Assembly (NCBI GenBank): GCA_049599895.1
Contig: JBMYPC010000002.1
Span: forward strand, 1-60,372
DNA: 60,372 nt
Source: Bacteriovoracaceae bacterium
Lineage (GTDB): Bacteria; Bdellovibrionota; Bacteriovoracia; Bacteriovoracales; Bacteriovoracaceae
Direction of reading: 5' to 3'
Below, one piece after another: positions 29,666 through 39,214 of this stretch. Within the stretch, counting starts at the first letter, position 1. Every line of letters starts with the position of its first letter. The notes under the pieces were generated by a model. It saw only the letters and a list, made by a program, of their open reading frames with translations, did no database searches and had not been told where the DNA came from. Made by a program: the position numbers and the translations under genes.

Positions 29666-31750
29666 CTATTTCGCTGACTTAGAACTCTTTTCAAAGATCA
29701 CCGGATAACCACTCTTAAGATAACGAACAGATATAATCTTAAAGATATTAGCATCAGTGTCGTGATTGATATCTTGATCTTCAATCACCATGGAATCATC
29801 TTGAAGACCGGTGTCTCCCTGGGCCATGGAAATATCATCACCTTCATCTTCCCCAAGATCTAATCGAAAGGTTGGACTTGTATTTAAAATACTTTCTCTT
29901 TTACCAGATTCTTTTCCCTCTTCAGCAAGCTTATCTTTATCGTTATCTTTAGCCCCATCCTTTTTATCAATTGCCGAAACAGGTGCTAAGGTAGCAAGAG
30001 CGGCTTTAGCAGTCGTTCCTTTACTCTTAAGACCTTTAAGAAGCGATGAGCGCATTTTCCCCATAAAACCTTTTTCCATTTTATTAAAAGCAACTGGCTT
30101 TTGACCGTTTTTCTTTCGAATCGAATTGATTTTCTTTTTTAAACGATCATTCATTTTCTTAACGGCATTACTTTGACCAGCAAGCCCTTCTAATGTTGAT
30201 AAAGCTCCATCGCTTAAAGTAGATTTATTGGAAGCCGAATCAATCGCTGAGGCAAGATTAAGCCCTGATGCCGTTAACCCTGAGGGAATATCGTATTCAG
30301 AAACACCACCAATTGAAGTTTCAAGAAGTTTTTTTGAAGAAGAACATTTACCGTTTTTGTCCTGAACCATACAAGGAAAAGGCTCCTCTTTCGTTCCAAT
30401 TCTTCTTGGAGTTCGAATCGCAAGACTTGTTCTATTCTCGCCATAGTTTGAAAGACCATCAGCAAGTTTTTGTTGATTTTGAAAGTTTTTATAACGATTA
30501 AGAAGATCATCGATGGCCTTAATATTCTTATCAGCAGCTTCGATAATATCATCTTGTGTTTTTGCAGTTAAAAACGCTGTTCCAGAAAGAACACCAAATG
30601 CAATCCCGCGTGTAAGAGAGCCTCCCATAAATGTATCTAGAGCCTGTCCCATCGTCATCTTTAGAACCAAAAATACACCGATACCACCACCTAAGCCACC
30701 CAAAAGAGTCATAAATGAATTAGCCTCTGCCTTTGGAAACAAAGCATCTAATGCAACCTCAAAAACTTTTGCTAAATGGCGACTTTCAAAAAAGGAAGTT
30801 TCATCCTTACATAATGGTGCTGCATCAACTTCTGTTTTAGCGAGCATCAATTGATTAAAATAATCTTCAACTGAATTTTGTTTTAAGGGACCATTCTCAG
30901 CAACACCTGGTACGCATGCAGCGTTTGCTGTGATTATTAGTGAACTAAAACCTGTACAAGCAGGACATTTTGTCAGAGATGGCAACAAACTCGCATCTTT
31001 AGAATATTTTAGATTTGAAGGTTGAGGAATTCCCTCGTCATTATAGAGAAGACTTGCAGCCGGAATAGCATCGATACATGCAGGGGCTGCAGCCGTCCCC
31101 GTGCCCAAACACGTAGCAACAGCGGTACTTTTAAGAGCATAAAACATAAGTGCCATTGCAGCAGCAATCCCATAACCAACACTTGCGGCCATTTGTAATG
31201 TCTTTTTAGTTTTAGCTGACTTTTTAACTTTTTCGTAAGCAGCTTTTTGCTCAGTTAGGGCCTGAATTTGCGACTCATCTAACTCCGGAGCTCCATACTT
31301 ATTTTCTGTATAGCGGACCTCTTGTTCTTTTAACCCATCTTTGTGGCTGAACAAGGCCATGACCTCACCCATGATATAAGCAACACCAGCAAGGGCAGCG
31401 ATGATAATATCTGGAGTCATCTTAAAACACATTACAAGACCAGCTGAAACAAAGCCGACAATGATCATCGTGAGAAGTTGCATAAAGACGCCCTTACTTT
31501 CAACGTCTTCACCCTTTAAGATTTTTTCCTCATCGGCGCTTGCCATACTATCACTGACAGCACTTTCAGCTTGAGCATCCATTTGCTGTTGTTCTTGGCC
31601 TTTAACTTCAGAACCTGAGATCGTGCCGCTATCTTCAGCATAGGAAACATTTGAAATGACCGCAACAGAGGCAACAGGAACGATCATCTGTACAAACAAA
31701 AGCTGAAAACTACAAACAATTAAAGCAATAAATCTCAAAAGGCTTTTCAT
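29666..31750 (-). CDS. Large exported hypothetical with Gly/Ala-rich hydrophobic hairpins and coiled coils
   Basis: Long signal, several hydrophobic helices, Cys-rich linker, acidic tail ending NIFKIISVRYLKSGYP. Confidence 0.75.
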   Translation of the reverse strand: MKSLLRFIALIVCSFQLLFVQMIVPVASVAVISNVSYAEDSGTISGSEVKGQEQQQMDAQAESAVSDSMASADEEKILKGEDVESKGVFMQLLTMIIVGFVSAGLVMCFKMTPDIIIAALAGVAYIMGEVMALFSHKDGLKEQEVRYTENKYGAPELDESQIQALTEQKAAYEKVKKSAKTKKTLQMAASVGYGIAAAMALMFYALKSTAVATCLGTGTAAAPACIDAIPAASLLYNDEGIPQPSNLKYSKDASLLPSLTKCPACTGFSSLIITANAACVPGVAENGPLKQNSVEDYFNQLMLAKTEVDAAPLCKDETSFFESRHLAKVFEVALDALFPKAEANSFMTLLGGLGGGIGVFLVLKMTMGQALDTFMGGSLTRGIAFGVLSGTAFLTAKTQDDIIEAADKNIKAIDDLLNRYKNFQNQQKLADGLSNYGENRTSLAIRTPRRIGTKEEPFPCMVQDKNGKCSSSKKLLETSIGGVSEYDIPSGLTASGLNLASAIDSASNKSTLSDGALSTLEGLAGQSNAVKKMNDRLKKKINSIRKKNGQKPVAFNKMEKGFMGKMRSSLLKGLKSKGTTAKAALATLAPVSAIDKKDGAKDNDKDKLAEEGKESGKRESILNTSPTFRLDLGEDEGDDISMAQGDTGLQDDSMVIEDQDINHDTDANIFKIISVRYLKSGYPVIFEKSSKSAK

Positions 31751-31923
31751 AAACTTATCCAGTTTTAAAACACTAATTCTTATCTCTATTTTGCCTTAAG
31801 ACATAAAAAATTAGTAGGTTACAAAAACTACCTCTTTTATTTTCAAGCACTTAACTTAAAACTCGTGACAATCACCTAGCCCTATATTCTTGGCAACAGA
31901 ACTTAAACATAACCCCTACAAGC

Positions 31924-31950
31924 TAAGTCTTTTATTTTACGTACCGATAA
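31924..31950 (+). promoter_or_regulatory. Sigma28 (FliA)-type promoter
   Basis: TAAG-N15-ACCGATAA, 8 nt before ATG 31959. Confidence 0.7.
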
Positions 31951-31958
31951 GAAAATAC

Positions 31959-33323
31959 ATGTCGAAAATATTAGTGATTATCGAAGACGAAACGATTCTG
32001 AAGTTGGTCTCAACGACCTTGAAAACAGAACTATCTCAAAATGTTCAAGTCGCTAATGAAGCAAGATCAGCTATCGCTCAAATCAAAAACAACAGCTACG
32101 ATCTTGTGATTTGCCAAGATGTCGTGAAAAAACAAAAGTGCGCAAGATCCCTTCAAAATTATAAAGAGACTGAAAATGAAAGTTATAAACTTCTTTCTCT
32201 TGGAAAAGAAGGAATTATTACAGGGCAAACTCATTTTCTTGAGCTTCCATTTCAACATGAAGACTTCCTTTCAAAAGTCTATAACCTCTTAAACCCTGCA
32301 AGTCCTCTACCAGAAAACCCCAATCTTCCGCCTTATATGCCTTATGAGCTTTTTTATTTTTCAAATATGGCCCTTGTCCCTTGTGACATTTATTTAAAAG
32401 TCACAAAATCTGATGGAGACCATTACGTTAAAAGACTTCTTAAAGACGATGAACTCGATCCAGAAATTATTGAAAAATACGAACAAAAAAATATTCCTCA
32501 CTTTTACATCAAATCATCAGACCGGCATTTACTTTTTAATTATGTCAGCCAAATGACTTTTCAAGCCGTTTTGAGTACGAACCCCGATGAGATTCATCTC
32601 GATCTCGAGGCCAATTCCAGTCATTTTCAAATCGTTCAGGACATCATCAATCAAGTAGGGATGAGCCAAGAAACCATTCAGCTCTGTGATAAAATGGTGG
32701 GCCAACTCAAAGACAATGTTAAAATTTATAGTGAACTTCTCACCTACCTGAGAGAAGCCTTAAGCCAACCCACAAGCTATCTTTACAAGCATAACTACTT
32801 AAACCTTTTATTTACGGCCCACGTTAGCCCCTACCTCAATTGGGCCGACAGTAAATACAATAATGTTCTCATTCAAAAAATGAGTTATGTGTGTTTTTTC
32901 CACGACATAACACTCAATGATGAAAAACTCGTGAGGGTTTCAAATAAGATTGATTTCTATCGTGCGGACTTAACAGAAGAAGAAAAAAATCAGGTCCTAA
33001 GTCATGCTCACGATGCCGCTGACCTTCTCTCGCGCTATAAAGGCATGCCAGGTGGAGTTGATAGTATTATTAAACAGCACCATGGAACAACCAACGGCAT
33101 AGGTTTTACTGACTATTACAAATCGAGCATCTCTCGAATGGCGATTCTCTTCATTGTAATCGAAGAATTCGTCGATCAAATACTCAACTACCAAGACCAC
33201 AGAATGGGATTAATTGAGATTCTCGATGCCATGGATAGAAAGTTTGAACTGCCAAGCTATCACAAAATCGTTGAGGCCTTAAAAGAATCATTTAATAAAA
33301 AGAAGAAAAAGAAAGTTGCTTAA
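31959..33323 (+). CDS. Degenerate REC + HD-GYP-like signalling protein
   Basis: KILVIIED receiver-like start; FFHDI, HAHDAA, QHHG..NGIGF; paralog of 10010..11338. Confidence 0.72.
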   Translation: MSKILVIIEDETILKLVSTTLKTELSQNVQVANEARSAIAQIKNNSYDLVICQDVVKKQKCARSLQNYKETENESYKLLSLGKEGIITGQTHFLELPFQHEDFLSKVYNLLNPASPLPENPNLPPYMPYELFYFSNMALVPCDIYLKVTKSDGDHYVKRLLKDDELDPEIIEKYEQKNIPHFYIKSSDRHLLFNYVSQMTFQAVLSTNPDEIHLDLEANSSHFQIVQDIINQVGMSQETIQLCDKMVGQLKDNVKIYSELLTYLREALSQPTSYLYKHNYLNLLFTAHVSPYLNWADSKYNNVLIQKMSYVCFFHDITLNDEKLVRVSNKIDFYRADLTEEEKNQVLSHAHDAADLLSRYKGMPGGVDSIIKQHHGTTNGIGFTDYYKSSISRMAILFIVIEEFVDQILNYQDHRMGLIEILDAMDRKFELPSYHKIVEALKESFNKKKKKKVA

Positions 33324-33326
33324 AAC

Positions 33327-34112
33327 TTAGGCAACTTTGCCCTTGACGTACTCTTCAAAGTGCTCGATACCATCACCGTCTTTCATTTCCCAACGACCGT
33401 CTTTATTGCCTTCTAAGTAATTTCCCTGAGAGCGAAGATTGCCATCAATATCAAAAAGCATCCAATGATCTTCTTTTTCACCAAGGTGATAAATTCCTTT
33501 CGCAATAAGACGCCCATTAGGATAATAGTGATACCATTTACCACTTCTGAGCTTCCCTTGAATCTCCCCTTCAAGTGCTGTCACTCCTGGCTCGTACTCA
33601 AGCTTAAATTGTCCATTAGAAGGGTAAATAAGGTGCTTTCCGTTCATCACAGTTTGTGGTGGAAGCTTCCATTCACTAGTGGGAATAATGTAAGTCTCTT
33701 GAAGTTTTCGAAAGTTTTCAAAAAGATCAATAAAGGCTTGGTTTCTCCTATGAATAGGAATCGGGGTTTCTTTATAAGCATATCTCAGATCCTCATACTC
33801 ATTATTTCGCCATTCACTGGGAAAAATATTGAGAAACTTATCTTCAAATTTAGAAGCAAAAAAAGCAAAAAAGAGTATATCTCTTGCCCCTGGGGCTTCA
33901 TCCTTAAGCTCTTTTAGGTTCTCACCGTCTCGGGCAAAAATCTCATCAAGAGTGAGAAAATTTGGTTCTAAATATTGAGTATAAACAGGGTCTTCAAGCC
34001 ATAAAGACTCAATAATGCTGAATCGCTTGCGGGGTAAGGTTCTCTCGAGCTTACAAACAAGCTTTTTAAAGCCCTCTTCCCCTAATTTTTTATAACGATA
34101 AAGAATACTCAT
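33327..34112 (-). CDS. FliG_C-like N-terminal domain fused to MORN-variant repeats
   Basis: RYKK.G..GF..LV..LE...KR..I.....EDP N-terminus; repeats G.W..YYPNG.L..KG.Y..G.K.D.W at the C-terminus. Confidence 0.6.
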   Translation of the reverse strand: MSILYRYKKLGEEGFKKLVCKLERTLPRKRFSIIESLWLEDPVYTQYLEPNFLTLDEIFARDGENLKELKDEAPGARDILFFAFFASKFEDKFLNIFPSEWRNNEYEDLRYAYKETPIPIHRRNQAFIDLFENFRKLQETYIIPTSEWKLPPQTVMNGKHLIYPSNGQFKLEYEPGVTALEGEIQGKLRSGKWYHYYPNGRLIAKGIYHLGEKEDHWMLFDIDGNLRSQGNYLEGNKDGRWEMKDGDGIEHFEEYVKGKVA

Positions 34113-34120
34113 ATAATTTC

Positions 34121-34147
34121 TTATCGGTTGAAAGTTCTCAGTATTAA
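34121..34147 (-). promoter_or_regulatory. Sigma28-type promoter
   Basis: Minus strand TTAA-N15-ACCGATAA, 8 nt before ATG 34112. Confidence 0.6.
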
Positions 34148-34253
34148 CCTTGAAAAAGTGTCAAAAGTTTAGACATCAGTCAGCTCATATCGATCAAATA
34201 TCAACTTAGAGGTTTTCACATTTCACAAATTTCAGGACTTAGATTGGCATTTC

Positions 34254-34269
34254 TGGTCTCTCTTTTGCA
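34254..34269 (+). promoter_or_regulatory. Candidate sigma54 -24/-12 promoter
   Basis: TGGTCTCTCTTTTGCA = GG-N10-GC; near-palindrome TGTC-N9-GACA at 34159-34175 upstream. Confidence 0.55.
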
Positions 34270-34301
34270 GTTAATAAATTAAGTATTTCAGGGGAGAGAT
34301 T

Positions 34302-37300
34302 TTGTCTCAATTTTCAACATTAGTGTTGTTAACACTCTTTACTATTGGTTGCTCCAATAATGTAGAGGATATTAACAGTACAATCGAGACCTCAAATATA
34401 GGGGTTGAGCTCATTACCAAGACTTCCGAGGGAGAATCCACTCCCCTTAATGAGTATTGGCCTGAAGTCAAAACTAAGCAAACCACGGGTATTAAAGTTA
34501 AGCTTAACAACCTTGCCACCACTGAAAATATAATTGATACTGAAATCTTAATCACGCCACTTGATAGTGAGGGAAAGCCCTTTACCGATAAAACAGACAT
34601 CACTGGGGCGATTTATTGGGAGATTTCAGCAGAGTACAACTGGTTTGAACAAGAAAGGTTTATCAAAAAGTCTTATCGCTTAAAATCAACAGGAAAATTT
34701 CAATTAGATAAAGTGATTCATATTGGTTTTAATCCCTGGACCAAAGAAATTCGCGACCTTTCAAAACAGGATATTGAATCCCAGGTGGTTCGCCATAACA
34801 TGGATTCAAATGAATACTTCCCGATGTCACTCGAGAATATCTCGTTTGAAAGAATTGAAGACCAGGCCCTTCAGAAAGTTTCAAAAACTCAGATTAAAGA
34901 GTCTTATTATCTTGAATTTCAAGTGGACCTTCACCGTTATAAATATGAGGGTGACTTAGCCAGTCCAATATCAGTCAAAAGAGGTCTCTTTGACTTAGAA
35001 GTTAAACTCATTGAAACTTCAATCAATACAGGTAATGCCCATGTTATTTCCGAGGGAAATATTCAAGACATCGAACTGAAAAATGGTTTCTTTAAAGGCG
35101 ATATTGAACTTATAAGAGAATTGCGATCAAGAACAATCAAAGATAACCCTGTAAAAGTCGTCTTTAAGTTAACACCGAAAAAAATCAACCTTTCTTCATT
35201 TAATCTTTATGCTGAACAACTGATGAATGGAATCAATAATATCAATTCAGCATCGGCGAAGCCGCTTGTTCATCACGAGAGCGAGAATATTGAAACCATT
35301 GCCCCTCTTAATGAGACTCTTGACACTCTCCTTTCTGACATAGGGCTTTTAGAAGAAGGTCATAATAAAACAGCAATAGCTTTTGACAGAGAGGAATCAG
35401 AGCGACTAGCAAAACAAGCGGAAACTATCCAATCTTTCATCATCTCAAAACTTGATCTTTCAGATGGAGACAATGTCACAGAATACGATGACCCTAAAAC
35501 CAGTGTTCGTGTAAGGCAAGTTAATATTAACGGTGTTCTTTTTGACAACCTTACTGAAAGCAATACAACACCTTTAAAAAGCGGTGAATTCAAAATTGAA
35601 GTCAAGCCTTTAAATGGAACTCAAAAAGACTGGTACCCTAAACAAAGACAAATCATTTATGACAGCACAAAGCCAAAGGGCGAATTCCAGACCTATATTT
35701 GGTTACCTTACAATCTGTATGCCAAAGAAAGATTCCATGAATATGAGATCAAAATTATTGGAACATCTGGGAAATGGGACGGCTGGGAAAGCACTCGTAA
35801 GATAGCTTATAACCCTCATACCAATAAAGGTTATGACCTTCACTATTATGATGGAAGTTTAAATATTAAGTCCCATGGGCATCCTAGAATATTCGTTTCT
35901 AAGTTTTCCGCAGAAAACCCAAAGATCAATTATGGTGAAGCTTATATTGATCGTAACTTCACCTTTGGTGTTAATATCGACATTGAACTTGAGATCGCTC
36001 TTGAGTTTGATCGCCTTAATCATGTTGGTGGGCAACTTGACATGACTTTTCCGATTACATTTGGTGACTATAAGTTTGAAGTTTTCACCCTCGTCCCCAT
36101 AACAATTGACTCTGATCCAAATAGTCCAAATTTAAGAGATTTCAAACTCGTTAGTGCTGCGACTTTTACTAAGGCCATCAAACCCCAAACAAATGTTGTT
36201 GAGCATACTGTGAAACTTCCCTACCTGATTACAGACATTCCTACTCAACACATACGAAACGCTTTAGTTGTCCACGTAACACCGGCAAGTCCAGATAATC
36301 CACTTGCTCCAACGACAGTTTCAATGCCAATTCGATTAAGACAGAAATCACTTCAAAGTAAATCCAATCGAGAGCATTTAAAAGACTTTTATAAAGAGCT
36401 TATTTTCAGTGGCGAGAAAGATAGCAAACAAAACCGTATTCATGACATTATGAATGGTGGTGTTCACTACATCGTTGAAGAAAGTTCAAAACGAAACTCA
36501 AGCATTGATGGAGAAGATCTTTACCAGCAGCACTTTGAGAGACATTGGAACAAGGCCAATATTGCAAAGCTTAACTATGAGACATTTTATGACAAGGTAA
36601 AATCACGAGGATCAAATCTTAAAAAAGATGAATTCAATATGCTATTAAATGGCAAAAATAGAACATTTAGCTTTAAAAATGCTGTTTGTTATTACCATTA
36701 TTATGAGACTTTAAAGTACAATGAAGTCAGAGAGCAAGATTATGACAAGTACCAAGAGCTCTACAAACAATTTCTTGACTGCAAAAACAATCCTAAAAGA
36801 CATTTTGATATTATTCCCGTTTCTCACATCGTTTCTTTATGGGACCATTATGATGCTCGATTCAAAAAAGACGGGATCGCTTCAGTGACAAAGGTTGCAG
36901 AACTTTCAAACCAAACAATACAACGTGGTAAATCTTATTTTGCAGGTACTGGAGAAAAGTACACAAAATCTGAAGGAGAGCGAGACGCAGAAAGGTTAAA
37001 CTTTGAAGGTAAGGTCGCAATGGAATCCCCTTCTCCCTTTTTCTTTAACTATGCTGTAAGCCGCTCTACAAGTTATGAGACTTACCAGGCAAAATCAAAG
37101 GCCAATTACTTTAATGATGCCCATAGAAGTTACACAACACTTGTTTCACAAGCAGAATTTGAATGGATCGAACTTGAATTCTTTGCAAAAATTAAAAACT
37201 GTGTCAAAGCAGAATCAAAAAACTATTTATACTACATTTGTGAATCAAAAAATCATAAACCTTATTATCGAACCAAAAAAGTTCGTGAAAAGTGGTATCA

Positions 37301-37601
37301 GATTAACAACAAAACTAATCTTTCTCAAAGACAAACCCTCACCAACGGTGAAGCTGAGGCCGGAGACGGAGGATCACTTTTTGGCTTTCAGTTAATTCGT
37401 GGGGCCTATAACTTTGCTCTTCAGTGGAGTCATTACATGGATGAAAACAAGCATCTTGAGGTAGAAGATGTGACAGACAAGATCAAGATCCCCAGAGATC
37501 TCCATGAAGACTTAAAGCTTATGGAAGGTGAAATTCCTCAAGAAAGCTTAATTCAAAATGCTTTTCCAGGAGTCTTTATTACACCTGTAAGGATTCAATA
37601 A
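34302..37601 (+). CDS. Very large hypothetical lipoprotein (1099 aa)
   Basis: GGGGAG RBS, TTG start, lipobox TIG-C; beta-rich; internal duplicated segment ending NPW/NPH. Confidence 0.78.
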   Translation: MSQFSTLVLLTLFTIGCSNNVEDINSTIETSNIGVELITKTSEGESTPLNEYWPEVKTKQTTGIKVKLNNLATTENIIDTEILITPLDSEGKPFTDKTDITGAIYWEISAEYNWFEQERFIKKSYRLKSTGKFQLDKVIHIGFNPWTKEIRDLSKQDIESQVVRHNMDSNEYFPMSLENISFERIEDQALQKVSKTQIKESYYLEFQVDLHRYKYEGDLASPISVKRGLFDLEVKLIETSINTGNAHVISEGNIQDIELKNGFFKGDIELIRELRSRTIKDNPVKVVFKLTPKKINLSSFNLYAEQLMNGINNINSASAKPLVHHESENIETIAPLNETLDTLLSDIGLLEEGHNKTAIAFDREESERLAKQAETIQSFIISKLDLSDGDNVTEYDDPKTSVRVRQVNINGVLFDNLTESNTTPLKSGEFKIEVKPLNGTQKDWYPKQRQIIYDSTKPKGEFQTYIWLPYNLYAKERFHEYEIKIIGTSGKWDGWESTRKIAYNPHTNKGYDLHYYDGSLNIKSHGHPRIFVSKFSAENPKINYGEAYIDRNFTFGVNIDIELEIALEFDRLNHVGGQLDMTFPITFGDYKFEVFTLVPITIDSDPNSPNLRDFKLVSAATFTKAIKPQTNVVEHTVKLPYLITDIPTQHIRNALVVHVTPASPDNPLAPTTVSMPIRLRQKSLQSKSNREHLKDFYKELIFSGEKDSKQNRIHDIMNGGVHYIVEESSKRNSSIDGEDLYQQHFERHWNKANIAKLNYETFYDKVKSRGSNLKKDEFNMLLNGKNRTFSFKNAVCYYHYYETLKYNEVREQDYDKYQELYKQFLDCKNNPKRHFDIIPVSHIVSLWDHYDARFKKDGIASVTKVAELSNQTIQRGKSYFAGTGEKYTKSEGERDAERLNFEGKVAMESPSPFFFNYAVSRSTSYETYQAKSKANYFNDAHRSYTTLVSQAEFEWIELEFFAKIKNCVKAESKNYLYYICESKNHKPYYRTKKVREKWYQINNKTNLSQRQTLTNGEAEAGDGGSLFGFQLIRGAYNFALQWSHYMDENKHLEVEDVTDKIKIPRDLHEDLKLMEGEIPQESLIQNAFPGVFITPVRIQ

Positions 37602-39142
37602 AGGTTTTTAACAGTCTGCTGAAATTGTTCAAATGAGCAGATGTCACTTGGATCAAAGGCCTCTTTACACATGAGATAAGATTCATTCGTTTCAGACATC
37701 TCTTCATCCATTCCCATTGACTCAACACAGACCATTAGCTCTCGGCATTCAGTTTGACTCATGGCCACTCTGATCTCTGCTTGCTCTTCTTCTATTTTCT
37801 GTCGAGCTTTTGCTTTTTTCACTTTTTCACCTGTGAGTTCACTCTTTTTATCGTCGTAAGCTCGGTAGGAAATCATTCCATAGGCAAAGGCTTCTCTTAA
37901 TGGTTCTTGAATTTTATAAAGTTCTTCTTGCATAAAGTCTGCAATACCAATTTGCTCAGAGATCTGTTGTTCTCTTTCTTTTTTCATTTCATCAAACTTC
38001 CACCAAAATAATAATGCCGCAACAGCTGGACCAAAACGATTAATTCTCTGACTAAGAACTTTTGCCTTATGCTTACTCACAAAAAGAGTTGAAAAACCAT
38101 ATGTATTTCCATAACGAGATCTAAGATCCTTTTCCATTGCCTCAAAATATTCTTTTTGAGTAAAATCATCACCAAGATTTCTAAGAAGACCTTTTTTCGT
38201 CAATTTGAACTTTTCACAAAAAGGAACAAAGGGAACAAAAACATCGAGATTTGAAAGCTGGTAAAGGTTTGCAGCAAAGAAAAGGTATTGAACAGCACAG
38301 CTCGTGAGTACTTTTTTGAGGCTACTAGAATCATTGGACAATACTTTAATATAGGGACTTCTCGACATCGCAAGTTGATTGGCCTGAACAAAGCCAATTC
38401 TCATTCCTGATTCAGCGAGTATTGGTTTTCTTTTGCCAAACATTTCTCTAATAGGATAATCCCAAAATGTTCTTCTTAGAAAATTATTATTTAAATCAAC
38501 ATCGGTATAACCAGAACGATCAGCAAGATCCCGTATCATCTTTTTTGACTCTTTTCCCATTAAATCCCAGCTGATACTTTCAACCAATTTTTTGAGTTTA
38601 TCCTTTGAAACCTCCCCTGACGTAAGAATCCCGTTAATTTGTTTTTTAACTCTTTTTCTTATTCCTTTTCGAAGACTTTCTAACTGCTTAGGCTCAAGCC
38701 ATTGAAGATCTCCATGATGGCCTCTATTAAAAGCGTAGAGATAAGCGATATAAGACTCCGCATTCTTTTCCATTTCAGGGAGAAAATCTTTTCCATGCCT
38801 TATGAGATATTCAAGGTCTTCCGTTCTTGGAATTTTTTTAATGTATTCAAGATAATACTCTTCGACTTTTTGGATATCGATATCAGTTTTCTTTGCAAAG
38901 ATTCTTCTGCCAATTTTTTTGAAATTAAAGCCACTGGCAAGCACACGAGTCATCTTACTTGAATTGCCTTTAATGCCATTGAGAGCTTGATATACAAGAC
39001 TTAAACAATTTTCCTTAATGGACCTACTGGCAACAGAACGAATAGATGAAGGACTTTCTTTAAGCGTAATATTTCGAACATTTAATGCTAGAAATAAAGA
39101 AAAAATGATAACGAAAAATAAATTGCTTACAGGCTTATGCAT
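37595..39142 (-). CDS. Hypothetical exported/membrane protein
   Basis: N-terminal TM/signal, RSVAS motif, internal hydrophobic segments, coiled coil and Cys cluster at C-terminus. Confidence 0.72.
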   Translation of the reverse strand: MHKPVSNLFFVIIFSLFLALNVRNITLKESPSSIRSVASRSIKENCLSLVYQALNGIKGNSSKMTRVLASGFNFKKIGRRIFAKKTDIDIQKVEEYYLEYIKKIPRTEDLEYLIRHGKDFLPEMEKNAESYIAYLYAFNRGHHGDLQWLEPKQLESLRKGIRKRVKKQINGILTSGEVSKDKLKKLVESISWDLMGKESKKMIRDLADRSGYTDVDLNNNFLRRTFWDYPIREMFGKRKPILAESGMRIGFVQANQLAMSRSPYIKVLSNDSSSLKKVLTSCAVQYLFFAANLYQLSNLDVFVPFVPFCEKFKLTKKGLLRNLGDDFTQKEYFEAMEKDLRSRYGNTYGFSTLFVSKHKAKVLSQRINRFGPAVAALLFWWKFDEMKKEREQQISEQIGIADFMQEELYKIQEPLREAFAYGMISYRAYDDKKSELTGEKVKKAKARQKIEEEQAEIRVAMSQTECRELMVCVESMGMDEEMSETNESYLMCKEAFDPSDICSFEQFQQTVKNLY

Positions 39143-39214
39143 ATCTTTCTTTTCGGTAGAATTCTTACTAATAATTAAGTTAATTATTAATCTTAAAAAC
39201 CGATAATTAACTTG

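Noticed and set aside
33327..33650. Toxin-antitoxin (YwqK) immunity system
   Set aside because: MORN-variant repeats are generic and no toxin gene is adjacent
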